64,000 nt of DNA from a virus (Duplodnaviria > Caudoviricetes). Location of the stretch: IMG/VR virus record IMGVR_UViG_2902759955_000002, positions 96,001 through 160,000 of that record, one strand, 5' to 3'. Shown in pieces: positions 1-10,285 of this stretch. Position numbers and translations under genes: made by a program. Position 1 is the stretch's first letter; every line of letters begins with the position of its first letter. Under the pieces are notes generated by a model, which was given only the letters and a program-made list of their open reading frames with translations, ran no database searches and was not told the origin of the DNA.

Positions 1-7
1 GGGGGGG

Positions 8-478
8 TTATGCCTGAACGGTACCCCAGTTGTGCAGGAGTTGGCCGACGTCTTGCGCCATCTTGCCTTCATCGTCATAACGCATCCACTGAGGCATGAC
101 GGACACAACACGAGCTCCCAACCCCCGAACGTCCCTGGGTTCATGCAAGGTCTTGATGTTGACCTCCACGCCCAAGTCCAACGGACGGTTGCGCCAGATA
201 GCGCGGCTGATATACACCGGGAAACGGAGGGCGGCGTCGTCGCTCGAGAGCTCCAGGATCTTGTTCAGCTTGTGCAGCATTTCGCCGTTGATTTCCTGGG
301 GAGCCTTGAGTTGCGCCGAAAGCGAAGCAAGGAACAACAAACGCTTCATACGTGCGGATAAACGTCGGTCCAGAAATGACGAGCAACGCGCACGAATGAC
401 GCTGTTGACACGATACATTGAAGAACTCCGTAATGACGCAGCACTACGCTGAGCGTGTGGTGTGGTGGTTGTTTGCAT
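8..478 (-). CDS. conserved jumbo-phage hypothetical protein
   Basis: ORF directly downstream of RNase H on the same strand; start taken at MQTTTTPH; no recognisable motif. Confidence 0.6.
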   Translation of the reverse strand: MQTTTTPHAQRSAASLRSSSMYRVNSVIRARCSSFLDRRLSARMKRLLFLASLSAQLKAPQEINGEMLHKLNKILELSSDDAALRFPVYISRAIWRNRPLDLGVEVNIKTLHEPRDVRGLGARVVSVMPQWMRYDDEGKMAQDVGQLLHNWGTVQA

Positions 479-515
479 AGCGCTTTTGTGCGTCTTGAAA
501 AGGATGAAGATGAGG

Positions 516-2117
516 TTACGCGACAATCCTCAAGTTGCTGTAGACGCCCGCATAGATCCCGACATCCCCTTCCGCTTCCACGACCGTGGCGTAGCGAAAT
601 GCCTGAGGTGACTCGGGCCAGGTGATGAGGGTGACTTTCGGCAAGCGTTTTTCCAGCCGCTTGAGAGAGTTCCGGTTCAGCAGATCGATGCTCAGAGTCA
701 ACGTCACCGGGACCTGCGCAATTTGATCTCCGACTTTGCGGTTCGCCTGTACTTCCAGAGCGGCAAACCCGACCACAAACTGCGGTCGCAATTCGTAGGT
801 CAAGACGGTCTCACCCTTTTTGCCAACAGGTTTTTCACGCGCCTCATAAAGAATACCGGTCAGATCGGTGCACGTAACGAACGCATCTCCCGACTTGTAC
901 ATATCCAGCTTGTCGGCCAGATCGGAGAGCGCGTTCACAGCACGCATGGCGATACGCTCGGGTCGCAGCTCGCGCAGGAGTGGCTTGCGTCGCCCCCCAG
1001 CACCCGGTTCTTCATCGAGGCAGTTGAGATCCAGCCGGCTATGTTTCTCACGCGGCATGGCGATATCGCCATAGCGCATCAGTTCCTTATGGGTGCCGCC
1101 TGAGAAGAGCTGATCGAGCCGCAACATCACGAGCGAGTCCATCCCGCTGGCCATCCGGGTGACGTGGTCTCGGACAAGCTCGATCGCAGGATCCGGCTCC
1201 TGAATTCGCACCACCGAATAGGCGCCATCGCTAATGCGCTTGCCCAGCATTTCGTCTTCGGTGCCGTGCTCCCCCAGATAGTACTCACCCGGCTTGTGAT
1301 ACTCCGCCAGTGTGTTGAAGTACATCCGGCGGCTCGCGATCATCGGATGGCGATCAGCGTCGTACTTCCAGTAGCCTTCCGGCACGGTCGTCGTGATGTC
1401 CGAGCGTGAGATGTGTTGCTGCGCAAGCTCCACACCGATCGTCGCCGACTTGTCCGCGTCTTCGTTGCCGAGGTGACCGTTGTGACCTTTCACCCACGCA
1501 AACTTCACCTCCACGCCCCGGTCGAGCAAGCGCTGACGCACCTCGTAGATATCTTTCCAGAGTTCCACGTTGGAGGGCGCCTCACCGTTGGCCTTGAGCC
1601 ATCCATTGCGACGCCACCCATCCATCCAACCTTCCATGCCCTTGCGGACATACTCGCTGTCGGTGGTGACCAGCACACGTTTGAGGTCGTAGTTGAGGGC
1701 GTGTTCGAGCGCGCGTGTGGCAGCCATCAGTTCACCGACATTGTTCGTCGGTTTCTTCGCCTGGTCCAGCACGAGGATAGAACCGTACCCATCCACGTAA
1801 TGGATGGGCGTGACCTCCACGACGTTCGTCCGCTTGGCTGCCTCGCTCTTGGCAAGGTAGCCTTTGGCAGTCAGGATCCAGTTCGGATTGCCTGCGCCTT
1901 TCTTCGGTTTCTCGTCCGAATAAAGAAAGCCGTGAATACCCCAGCCACTTGGGCCGGGGTTGGGTTTGGCTCCGCCGTCCGCGTAAAGGGCCATGCCGCA
2001 CGTAGCGACCGGTGTTTCGGGCAGCGCGATACCGCTGAGCTTTCCCTTGCCTGGGGCTAAGATCTGCTCGACGAACGCAGGGACACCCAACCCGATCTGG
2101 ACGCTCGCGTCCTCCAT
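516..2117 (-). CDS. rnhA: ribonuclease HI with long C-terminal extension (phiKZ-like)
   Basis: RNase H motifs YADGGAKPNPG, TNNVGELMA, TDSEYV, WVKGHNGHLGNEDAD; start uncertain (the ORF is open to 2252). Confidence 0.9.
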   Translation of the reverse strand: MEDASVQIGLGVPAFVEQILAPGKGKLSGIALPETPVATCGMALYADGGAKPNPGPSGWGIHGFLYSDEKPKKGAGNPNWILTAKGYLAKSEAAKRTNVVEVTPIHYVDGYGSILVLDQAKKPTNNVGELMAATRALEHALNYDLKRVLVTTDSEYVRKGMEGWMDGWRRNGWLKANGEAPSNVELWKDIYEVRQRLLDRGVEVKFAWVKGHNGHLGNEDADKSATIGVELAQQHISRSDITTTVPEGYWKYDADRHPMIASRRMYFNTLAEYHKPGEYYLGEHGTEDEMLGKRISDGAYSVVRIQEPDPAIELVRDHVTRMASGMDSLVMLRLDQLFSGGTHKELMRYGDIAMPREKHSRLDLNCLDEEPGAGGRRKPLLRELRPERIAMRAVNALSDLADKLDMYKSGDAFVTCTDLTGILYEAREKPVGKKGETVLTYELRPQFVVGFAALEVQANRKVGDQIAQVPVTLTLSIDLLNRNSLKRLEKRLPKVTLITWPESPQAFRYATVVEAEGDVGIYAGVYSNLRIVA

Positions 2118-2214
2118 CGATACTTCTACATCTGCAATGATTTCGCTCACGTTCGTGGACCTATGGTGTCTTTGACTACACCATTCGCGGCGCACGTCAA
2201 AAAATGCCGGAGCC

Positions 2215-2694
2215 TTATTTGGGCAATGGGGCAGGTGCTTTCTGGAAGTCATCGCAGCGTTTCAGGTAAGCCCGATACGCCTTGGTCTGAGCGACGCTTT
2301 CAGCGCGCACGTACTCCTGCAGCGCTGCGATATAGCCACGCTCAATGTCATTGATGGCCTTCGTGTCATCCGGCCGGGTTGCCTGCAACTGGGCAAGCGG
2401 CGCGATGGGCTGCACGGTGGGGGTGGGTGGACGGTAGGCCGGGCAAACTCCCGCAGTGCGCTCCGGTACCGGCACGATCACCGGGACAGGGGTTACTGCA
2501 GGCTTCGCATTCGGGTCGACGATCTGATCTTTGGGGATGAGTACGATCACCCCACTCAGGTGATTTCCGTCCACGCCCTTGACAGTGCTCAGCTCATCGG
2601 GGGTCAGCCCTACGTAGCGCGAGCCGTTGAAGCTATTGCAGCCCGAGAGACTGAGCAAGCCTACGGCCAAGACGGTCTGGATGAATGTCTTCAT
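2215..2694 (-). CDS. lipoprotein (possibly o-spanin-like)
   Basis: signal peptide with lipobox LSGC, Pro-rich linker, two further Cys. Confidence 0.65.
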   Translation of the reverse strand: MKTFIQTVLAVGLLSLSGCNSFNGSRYVGLTPDELSTVKGVDGNHLSGVIVLIPKDQIVDPNAKPAVTPVPVIVPVPERTAGVCPAYRPPTPTVQPIAPLAQLQATRPDDTKAINDIERGYIAALQEYVRAESVAQTKAYRAYLKRCDDFQKAPAPLPK

Positions 2695-2718
2695 GGTGGA
2701 ATTCCTGAAAGTTGGTTT

Positions 2719-3141
2719 TCAGTGCTTGACTGGCTTCGCGCCAAAGAGGGACTCAAGACCTTGGTAGTTCTCCAGCTGCGCGTTGGTGGCCGCGTCCGAA
2801 GCCGGCTGCACGGCGCTGGCGCTTGCAGGGACCGTGGGTTCCGCATCGTCGTCCTCAGCATCGGGCTCGCCGCGCGTGTCCTGAGGCAACTGCTTCTGCT
2901 TGGAGAGATGGTCGTAGGCGTTCTGGAGCTGCACATATTTATCCAGCAGCGTTACCAGACGAATGTCAGACCAGATATTGAGGACGTTGAAGGTGATGCT
3001 CGCCATGACGGCGATGCTGAAGATAGCGCGCCGGCGATTGGCGCGAAATGCTTCGCGCAAGCTCTTGCCTTCCAGCACCATTTCTTTGACGAAGGGCCAT
3101 GCGCTCCATACGAGCTTAAAGATGAACTCGATAAGGTTCAT
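2719..3141 (-). CDS. membrane protein (holin- or i-spanin-like)
   Basis: hydrophobic segment AIFSIAVMASITFNVLNIW after RRR, then a coiled-coil-like stretch; paired with the lipoprotein. Confidence 0.55.
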   Translation of the reverse strand: MNLIEFIFKLVWSAWPFVKEMVLEGKSLREAFRANRRRAIFSIAVMASITFNVLNIWSDIRLVTLLDKYVQLQNAYDHLSKQKQLPQDTRGEPDAEDDDAEPTVPASASAVQPASDAATNAQLENYQGLESLFGAKPVKH

Positions 3142-3236
3142 AGGTCGACCCCGTAGTAGGTAATTTTATAGTCTGGATGCAACTATCGAGATGGGCTTAC
3201 CCCCATCTCAGCGCGATCTCACGGAGAGAGAACACG

Positions 3237-4652
3237 ATGTACACGCTTAAAGGCTTTATCAATAACGCGGCGTTTGTGAACAACACGCCAGGCTCGACTG
3301 CGGTCATCGGGGAACTCTCAACGCAATCGAGTACGTACTCGCTCAGCAAGGGCTATTACTCGGATGACAGCGTCGCGGATCTCTCGCTCGTGAGTTTCTT
3401 GAGCCAGGATTCCGCCACGGGTGCAATCGAAGCGCCTGCCGACATCGCGCTGCAGGTGCTGCAGATCGCAGCGTTTGTGTATGCGCAGACGCAGGCCACA
3501 CCCAATCCCGGTCAGATCGCCTCCACCACGCTGCTTGCGAGCCTGCTCGCGCAGTTTCAGACGAGCGCAGGCAACTTCACCTGCGGCACGATGGTGACGG
3601 ATGGAACCTACTGGGTACCACAGTGGCTGGCGTGGGAGAACACGACCGATACGACGTACGGGTCTGTCGCCACGAGTGATGCGAATTCGAACGAGATCAA
3701 GATCTGGTTCACGGACGCAGCGTTCAACGCCCAGTACGATGAATACGACATCGTGGTCGTGCCGCCGATGGCAACGCTCGACAATTTCTTTACGACCGCG
3801 TCGAATGTGAATGCGTTGCTGAGCGCGCAGACCTTCGTCGACACGATGACGCTGATCCAGACGGCAAAGGGCAACAACCCGGAGTCGCTCCTGGAAGCGG
3901 AGTCATACAACTACGTCGATCCGACGGACGCGACGAATTTGATTGCGACGAACTGGACGGTGCTGATTTACGGCATTGCCGGCAACACGGTGGACGCGAT
4001 TGCTGAAGCCATCATCGACTACGTCCTCGCGAACAGCTCGCACACGCAGGCAGAGTGGACGGCGATTCTGCCGGACCTTTTCAAGCGCACCGAGTTCACG
4101 CTCGTTCCGATGTGGGACCAGACAGCGATCGCTGCAAAGACAGGTGGACTGCCGGTGTATTCCCCGGTGGCCAATCCGTCCCGCGCGCTGGCGATGATGA
4201 CGGAAGTGGCAAGCACGTACACGGATGATCATATTAATTCCAATACGTGCGTCCAAACGTTCCCCTACAACAACATTGCGCTGATCAGCTGCGGCTCGCC
4301 GAACAACGCCAATGCGGCGTATCAGCTCGAAGATGTCTTCCCGGACATCCTGTCTGTGTCTTCCCAAAGCCTCGATTTCGGACGTCAGGCGGTGACCACG
4401 CAGGACTTCGTGCTGCTGGTGGCCAGCATGTTGGCCGCCGCAGAAACCATGACGGAATACGGCAGTCCCCCGACGGGCATGACCACGCTCACGCGGAACA
4501 ACATCCTGTATCTGGTTGCGACCTACGACGCGATCAACTACCTGATGGTGGTCAAAGCCAACTTCCCGCTGGCCAATGTATCGACCTTCGGCGCCGATGG
4601 TGTCTACGTGGCACCGACAACAGACGGCAGCAGCACAACAACCACGAGCTAA
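3237..4652 (+). CDS. virion structural protein (phiKZ-like core)
   Basis: long ORF, GGAG RBS before MYTLKGF, acidic and Thr/Ala-rich, structural-gene context. Confidence 0.7.
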   Translation: MYTLKGFINNAAFVNNTPGSTAVIGELSTQSSTYSLSKGYYSDDSVADLSLVSFLSQDSATGAIEAPADIALQVLQIAAFVYAQTQATPNPGQIASTTLLASLLAQFQTSAGNFTCGTMVTDGTYWVPQWLAWENTTDTTYGSVATSDANSNEIKIWFTDAAFNAQYDEYDIVVVPPMATLDNFFTTASNVNALLSAQTFVDTMTLIQTAKGNNPESLLEAESYNYVDPTDATNLIATNWTVLIYGIAGNTVDAIAEAIIDYVLANSSHTQAEWTAILPDLFKRTEFTLVPMWDQTAIAAKTGGLPVYSPVANPSRALAMMTEVASTYTDDHINSNTCVQTFPYNNIALISCGSPNNANAAYQLEDVFPDILSVSSQSLDFGRQAVTTQDFVLLVASMLAAAETMTEYGSPPTGMTTLTRNNILYLVATYDAINYLMVVKANFPLANVSTFGADGVYVAPTTDGSSTTTTS

Positions 4653-4667
4653 TAGAACAGGGCTACC

Positions 4668-6629
4668 ATGACGACCCCTTTGACTCCGAATCTCAACTCA
4701 TCGGGTAGCTGGAACCTGACTGCGCCGTTCGCGGCACTCCTGACATCGAACGTCTCGTACAAGTGCGTTGCCATCCGCTCATTGAGCGACCTGATTGCTG
4801 CCGGCGCTGATCCGTATTCGCTTTACTACTCGGCGAACGGTTTGACGCAGGCGGACTATCAGGCCGACGTCACGGCTGGCGCGTCCATCGTCTCGTTGCA
4901 GTCCTCGAGCGGGAGTTGGGTGTATGTGCCGACGACCTACATCAGCCAGATGCCGGGCCAGAACAACATCTCCTGCACGTCCATCGTGCTGGGGGTGAAC
5001 CTCGGGCCGCTACCGGATTCGCTGGACCTCACGTTTGTGAAGACGCAGGTGGCCAATGCGGTGACCGATTCGCTGGGGGTGTCCAACCCAACCGTGGTGG
5101 GCCTGGCGGTTTCCGCCAAGACGCTGATCAGCTCCGCGGAAGCGGCTGCGGCCGCGGCGGCACGTCAGGCGGTGATCAACTCCATCGGTACGCCGACGGC
5201 GCAACTCATTGCCGCGCAGAAGACCGTCACCACGCAACAGACGGTCATCACGTCGCTTTCGGAGTACATCCAGACGCTGATCACGTCAGGTGTCATCCCG
5301 TCGGCTCAGATACCCGTCTCAGGCAGTACGCCCACGGTTCCCACCGTCACTGCGATGATCGACGCGAGTGTTCTGCCCAGTGGGATGACGCTCGATTCGA
5401 CGAATATGGTGGTCACCAGCACCGAGAACGCCTGGCAAACGGCGCGAACAACGTACGCACAGTCGATCGGCCTCTACTACGCAGAAGCCACGATCACCCG
5501 GCTGGCGGGGGCGATCGGCTTTGGGTTGTGCAACCAGAGCGAAGCCGCAGACGGCGAACTGGGTGCCGATTCGAACGGCATCATGATGTTCAACAACATC
5601 GCCAACGTGACCAGTGGTGTGTTCTATCTGGGCGGGGTGGTCGACACCATCGGCGACCAGGCGCCGCCGCAGGGCACGACAGTGGGGATCGCGGCGAACC
5701 TGACGTTGGGTCTGGTCTGGTTCTGGAACCCAGTCACCCAGCAGTGGAACGGCGACTCACTGGCCAATCAGGACCCGGCAGGCAGCGTCGGAGGGATCGA
5801 CATCACCAGCATCTGCCGATCCGGTTCGAATGCCGTCCAGGTCTATCCGGCGATCTCACTCTGGCAGTTGACGGACTCGGTAACGTACAACCCGGGCAGT
5901 AGTGCGTTCTCGAACACGATTCCGGATGGCTACTCGGCGTGGAACACGGATGCCAGCGCCACGGTGTCGACAGGTAGCACCACGACGACGACCCAGGTCG
6001 CCACGCTCGATCCGGTGAATTCGGGTACGGGCGGCACGCTCTCCAACAGTAACCTGACCTTTACCTCGTCCGGGGGCTGGCTGGTATCGCGCTCGACGAA
6101 CGCGCAGAATGCTGGCAAATACTACTTCGAAGTCACGGTGAACAACATCGCCGGCGGGGTAGCGATCGGTGTAGCGAATGGGCTGGCGAATCTGGGGCAG
6201 TCGCTTGGTCTCGACGCAAACAGCATCATTGCCTACGACGAGCTGACGTATGAGCCCGGGTCCGGGATCTTTGCCAACAATGCATACGTGACGGGCACCA
6301 TGGCGACGGAGGGCGAGTTCGCGATGGCTGCAGGGGCGGTGATCGGCGTGGCAGTCGATCTCACGAATGAGCTGATCTGGTTCTGGAATCCGGCAACGAG
6401 CCAGTGGAACTGTGACGTGATCGCCAATCAGGACCCGAGTACGGGTGCGGGTGGGATCAGTATTGGCGGTCTCACCGGCGTGGCCTATAACGGTTACGTC
6501 TACGCAGCCGTCTCTTGCTTCAGTACGGGCGACTCCGTGACGGCCAATCTTGGTGCGGCGGGTTTCACCAATCCGCTCCCGGCGGGATTCAGTGCGTGGG
6601 ACACATTGGTGCTGACCGTATCGACCTAG
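4668..6629 (+). CDS. virion protein with two tandem SPRY/B30.2-like domains
   Basis: TLDP...LSNSNLT...GKYYFEV...IGVA...VIGVAVDL pattern occurring twice; WFWNPxTxQWN and ANQDP duplicated. Confidence 0.7.
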   Translation: MTTPLTPNLNSSGSWNLTAPFAALLTSNVSYKCVAIRSLSDLIAAGADPYSLYYSANGLTQADYQADVTAGASIVSLQSSSGSWVYVPTTYISQMPGQNNISCTSIVLGVNLGPLPDSLDLTFVKTQVANAVTDSLGVSNPTVVGLAVSAKTLISSAEAAAAAAARQAVINSIGTPTAQLIAAQKTVTTQQTVITSLSEYIQTLITSGVIPSAQIPVSGSTPTVPTVTAMIDASVLPSGMTLDSTNMVVTSTENAWQTARTTYAQSIGLYYAEATITRLAGAIGFGLCNQSEAADGELGADSNGIMMFNNIANVTSGVFYLGGVVDTIGDQAPPQGTTVGIAANLTLGLVWFWNPVTQQWNGDSLANQDPAGSVGGIDITSICRSGSNAVQVYPAISLWQLTDSVTYNPGSSAFSNTIPDGYSAWNTDASATVSTGSTTTTTQVATLDPVNSGTGGTLSNSNLTFTSSGGWLVSRSTNAQNAGKYYFEVTVNNIAGGVAIGVANGLANLGQSLGLDANSIIAYDELTYEPGSGIFANNAYVTGTMATEGEFAMAAGAVIGVAVDLTNELIWFWNPATSQWNCDVIANQDPSTGAGGISIGGLTGVAYNGYVYAAVSCFSTGDSVTANLGAAGFTNPLPAGFSAWDTLVLTVST

Positions 6630-6645
6630 ACCCCGCCGTAGGCAA

Positions 6646-6686
6646 GCGGCATACAGGCCAGGGCAATGCCCTGGCCCTTATGTCCG
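6646..6686. terminator. bidirectional hairpin with CATA/TATG flanks
   Basis: GCGGCATAC-AGGCCAGGGC-AAT-GCCCTGGCC-CTTATGTCCG between convergent genes. Confidence 0.7.
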
Positions 6687-7661
6687 TTAGTTGTATTGGA
6701 GGTTCGGCGCAGTGATCGATGTCGTCGCATTGATGGACGTGGCCGTCACCGGACCCACCACATTCATGCTGCCTTGAAGCGTCGCATTGCCGGCGATCTG
6801 AATCTGCCCCGTACCCTGTGAGCCAAAACTGCCGGAGTTGGCCGCAGTCACCATATCGCCATTCAGCCCGAACGCGCCGTTCTCGGTGAAATTGCCGTTG
6901 TGCGTGGTCTGGGTCGACTGGATCGTGGACTGCGTCGCGGTGACATTCCACGTGGTCAGATCCATCGTCAGCGTCTTGGTCTTCATGGTGATCGAATCGG
7001 GGATCGTCATGGTGAGCGTCGTGCCCATCATCTGCAAGACAGACTGGTCCCCGTTACCCAACTCCCAGCGGTTCTGGGTGGAGTCGAGCGTCAGGTAGTT
7101 CCCCATGCTGTCCTGCAGTTGCACCTGACCGCCTTTCGCATTGATCTGGAAGTCGTAGGTGGCAAATTCACCGTTCGCTTTGGACGTGTGCAGGGTGATC
7201 GACCCGGTGTGCGTCGAGACTTCGAGGAAGTAGCTGTTGTCCGCGGTGGTGCTCGCGCCTTCTTCCTGGGTGCCACTGAACGCATAGATCACCGTCTCCA
7301 GCTTACGCAGGTTCGAGTCATCCATCAGCGTCATCCAGAAATACTGGTCGGCGTCCGCAAACTGGTAAACCGCTACGTATGCGCCGCGCCGCACATCCGG
7401 CGATGTCTTACGGTTCCCGACACCCTGCTTGAACCACGTCGCCTTGATGGTGTTGGACGTGGCAACAGAGGTGTTGTAAGCCGTGCCGGTTGCATCTGTG
7501 CCGGTCGCGGTTTGGGTTGTGCCAGCGTCCGTGATAGCCCCGTTCAGAAAGGGCAAGTGTTCGATGGGAGTGACCTCGATGACGTCACTGGAAAGCGACT
7601 TGTTGGCAGCCACAATCCCCACGCTGTAGAACTTCAGCATAGAGGCTTTGATATCAGGCAT
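6687..7661 (-). CDS. baseplate central spike protein (phiKZ gp164-like)
   Basis: N-terminal OB-fold-like region (NRKTSPDVRRG...DQYFW) followed by beta-helix-like repeats; lies next to SbcC as in phiKZ. Confidence 0.65.
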   Translation of the reverse strand: MPDIKASMLKFYSVGIVAANKSLSSDVIEVTPIEHLPFLNGAITDAGTTQTATGTDATGTAYNTSVATSNTIKATWFKQGVGNRKTSPDVRRGAYVAVYQFADADQYFWMTLMDDSNLRKLETVIYAFSGTQEEGASTTADNSYFLEVSTHTGSITLHTSKANGEFATYDFQINAKGGQVQLQDSMGNYLTLDSTQNRWELGNGDQSVLQMMGTTLTMTIPDSITMKTKTLTMDLTTWNVTATQSTIQSTQTTHNGNFTENGAFGLNGDMVTAANSGSFGSQGTGQIQIAGNATLQGSMNVVGPVTATSINATTSITAPNLQYN

Positions 7662-7752
7662 AGCGTGCTCACAGACCGCGTGCTGCTCCGCGGATAAAAG
7701 TTATCTCACACGATTATTCTCTGTGGGCAAAACCGGGAAGAGAGACAACGCT

Positions 7753-10272
7753 ATGCGCTATGCCGAATTGCTGCTCAAAGGCTATAAACGCTTGCAGCTC
7801 AATCAGGTCGAGACATTCATTCTTCGACCCACCCAGATCGTGCAGCTGATCCTGGGTACGAATGGTTCGGGCAAATCTTCCCTGCTCAGGGAATTGACAC
7901 CGCTACCAGCCAACTCTGCCGATTTCGCCAAGGACGGTAAAAAGGCCATCACCATCGAAGACCGGGGACACACATACGTGTTGACCAATGACTTCGGTGC
8001 AGAGAAGAAACACAGCTTCATCAAGGACGAAGAAGAACTCAATCACGGCGGTACGGCCGCGGTCCAGAAGGAATTGGTCAAACAGGAATTCCAGATTACC
8101 AACGACACACATGAGCTGGTGACGGGGCTGGAAATCTTCACACAGATGAGTCCGTCGCGCCGTCGCGAGTGGTTCACGCAGCTCTCGGATGTCAACTACG
8201 ACTATGCGATCTCACGCTACAACCGGTTGCGTGAAGAGTTCCGCAATGTGTCGGGTGCGCTGAAGCTCGACAAGAAGCAACTCGTGGTGGAGCAGTCGAA
8301 GGTCATCACGGAAGAGGAGCAGCAGCGCCTCATTCAGGAAGTCCGAGCACTGCACGTGGAGATGACCCGGCTCATTGAGATGCGCTCGCCGATCGAGCGA
8401 CCCATCGAACAGGTGGATCGGGATCGACTGGCGGCCGAAGAACAGTTGCGCCTTCTCTCGGAGCGCCTCCTGCGCCTTCGAGTTGAAGCGCCAATGAGCA
8501 TGGTGCGCAATGAGTGGGGCGAATTGCAGCGCGCGACGTTCGCTTCGGTCGGGGCAGTCGACCAGCACGTGGAAAACATCCGGCATCAGATCACGGCGCA
8601 GGAAGCCGTGCTCAGCAAGAGCGTAACGGATCACGAAAAGCTCAAGGAGAATGCAGACATCCTGAAGCGCCGTGGGACCGATGGCGTGAAGTCCGTACAG
8701 CTTCGCATCACCGCGGCGCGCGAAGCCCGCGACGAGCTTCTAAAGGGGCGTCAGCTGGGGTTGGAAGGGTTCGACCCGCGCGCTGCGCTCAAAGCGCTTG
8801 ATTCGGTGGACCGGACACTCGAAGGGCTGCTCATGGAGCTGCCCGTCAATGAGGATCAGCGGTTCAGTTCGGCAAAACTCAACGAGCAGCGCGAGATCTC
8901 GGGACAGGTCAAACAGCAGCGTACGGCGAAGGCCGCCGAAGTGGCGCATTGGGAAGGCAAGAAGCAGCACCTCGAACAGCACAAGGCAAACGGTCGCACC
9001 GAGTGTCCGAAATGCCACCATGTTTTCACGCAAGGGGTGAGCGAAGAAGCGTTCACCGTGCTCACCAATCAGATCGAGAAGGCGAAGGCAGAACTCCGCG
9101 GGCTCGATGAAAGGCTTGCCGGTCTGGACGAGGTGATCGGGACCAACCAGTCCTATGGTGAGCTTTTCCGGGAGGTGCAGCTGACCTTGCGCGGGACGCC
9201 GGCGCTCAGTCCATTCTGGGATCACGTCCTGGAAACGCGCTTCCTGCAGAGCGCCCCGAAGCGAGTCGTGACCTTGCTGCATGCCTTGCGGCAGGACCTC
9301 GAACTGGAACTCAAGGCGCAACGCCACATCGACGAAATCGGCGAACTCCAGAAGCTCCTCGTGCAATCCGAAGAGCTTGGCGACGCCTCGCTCGCCGAGG
9401 TGACGCAGCAACTGGGTGAGGCGTCGCTCGTCATCGAGTCGCTCACGAAGGCGCTAGCTGGTGCCCGCCAGCAGTTGCACGCGTTTCAGACGTATCGCCG
9501 TCAACTGACCGAGGCTTTTGAGCTGCAGTTCAAGATCGAACAGACGGTCAAGAGCTTTGAGACCTTCACCCACCATCAGGTGGAGACACTGCGTCGCATG
9601 GCGATCCAGCGCTGCCTGGAGCAAACGCAGAGTGCACTTGCGCGCAAGGAAGAGATCCTCAACGTCCTCAACCAGCAAAAAGCGATTGTGGCAAATCTCA
9701 CGCTCACGATCGCGCGTCGCACGCTGGAAGAGGAAGCGCTCAAGATGACTGTGCGCGCGCTCTCGCCCACGGATGGTCTGATTGCTGATGGCCTGCTCGG
9801 TTTCATCAAGAGCTTCACGCAGCAGATGAACCAGCTGATCCGCAAGATCTGGGCGTACCCGCTGGAGATCCTGCCGTGCGGGATGAGCAGTGATCGGGGC
9901 ACGGAACTCGACTACAAGTTCCCGTTGATGGTCGGCACGCGCAGCAACGTCGTTGATGACATCAAGCGCGGCAGCAGCGGGATGCAGGAGATTGTCGATC
10001 TCGCTTTCAAGGTGGTCGCGATGAAGTATCTGGGGCTCGATCACGGTGCGCTCCCCCTCGATGAGTTTGGCAAGACACTCGACATGGAGCACCGCACGAC
10101 GGCCATGCAGGCGGTCAAACAACTGATGGAGACGCGTCCCTTCACACAGTTGTTTTTAATAAACCACTACTCCGAGCTTTACGGATCGTTCACGAACGCC
10201 GAAGTCTGCGTGCTCGATTCACGCAATATCGCTGTACCGCAAACCTACAACACGCATGTGACGATGCATTAA
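7753..10272 (+). CDS. sbcC: SbcC/Rad50-type SMC ATPase
   Basis: Walker A GTNGSGKS, coiled coil, Zn-hook CPKC, signature GSSG, Walker B LPLDEFG, H-loop LINH. Confidence 0.92.
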   Translation: MRYAELLLKGYKRLQLNQVETFILRPTQIVQLILGTNGSGKSSLLRELTPLPANSADFAKDGKKAITIEDRGHTYVLTNDFGAEKKHSFIKDEEELNHGGTAAVQKELVKQEFQITNDTHELVTGLEIFTQMSPSRRREWFTQLSDVNYDYAISRYNRLREEFRNVSGALKLDKKQLVVEQSKVITEEEQQRLIQEVRALHVEMTRLIEMRSPIERPIEQVDRDRLAAEEQLRLLSERLLRLRVEAPMSMVRNEWGELQRATFASVGAVDQHVENIRHQITAQEAVLSKSVTDHEKLKENADILKRRGTDGVKSVQLRITAAREARDELLKGRQLGLEGFDPRAALKALDSVDRTLEGLLMELPVNEDQRFSSAKLNEQREISGQVKQQRTAKAAEVAHWEGKKQHLEQHKANGRTECPKCHHVFTQGVSEEAFTVLTNQIEKAKAELRGLDERLAGLDEVIGTNQSYGELFREVQLTLRGTPALSPFWDHVLETRFLQSAPKRVVTLLHALRQDLELELKAQRHIDEIGELQKLLVQSEELGDASLAEVTQQLGEASLVIESLTKALAGARQQLHAFQTYRRQLTEAFELQFKIEQTVKSFETFTHHQVETLRRMAIQRCLEQTQSALARKEEILNVLNQQKAIVANLTLTIARRTLEEEALKMTVRALSPTDGLIADGLLGFIKSFTQQMNQLIRKIWAYPLEILPCGMSSDRGTELDYKFPLMVGTRSNVVDDIKRGSSGMQEIVDLAFKVVAMKYLGLDHGALPLDEFGKTLDMEHRTTAMQAVKQLMETRPFTQLFLINHYSELYGSFTNAEVCVLDSRNIAVPQTYNTHVTMH

Positions 10273-10285
10273 CTGAGATAGGACC

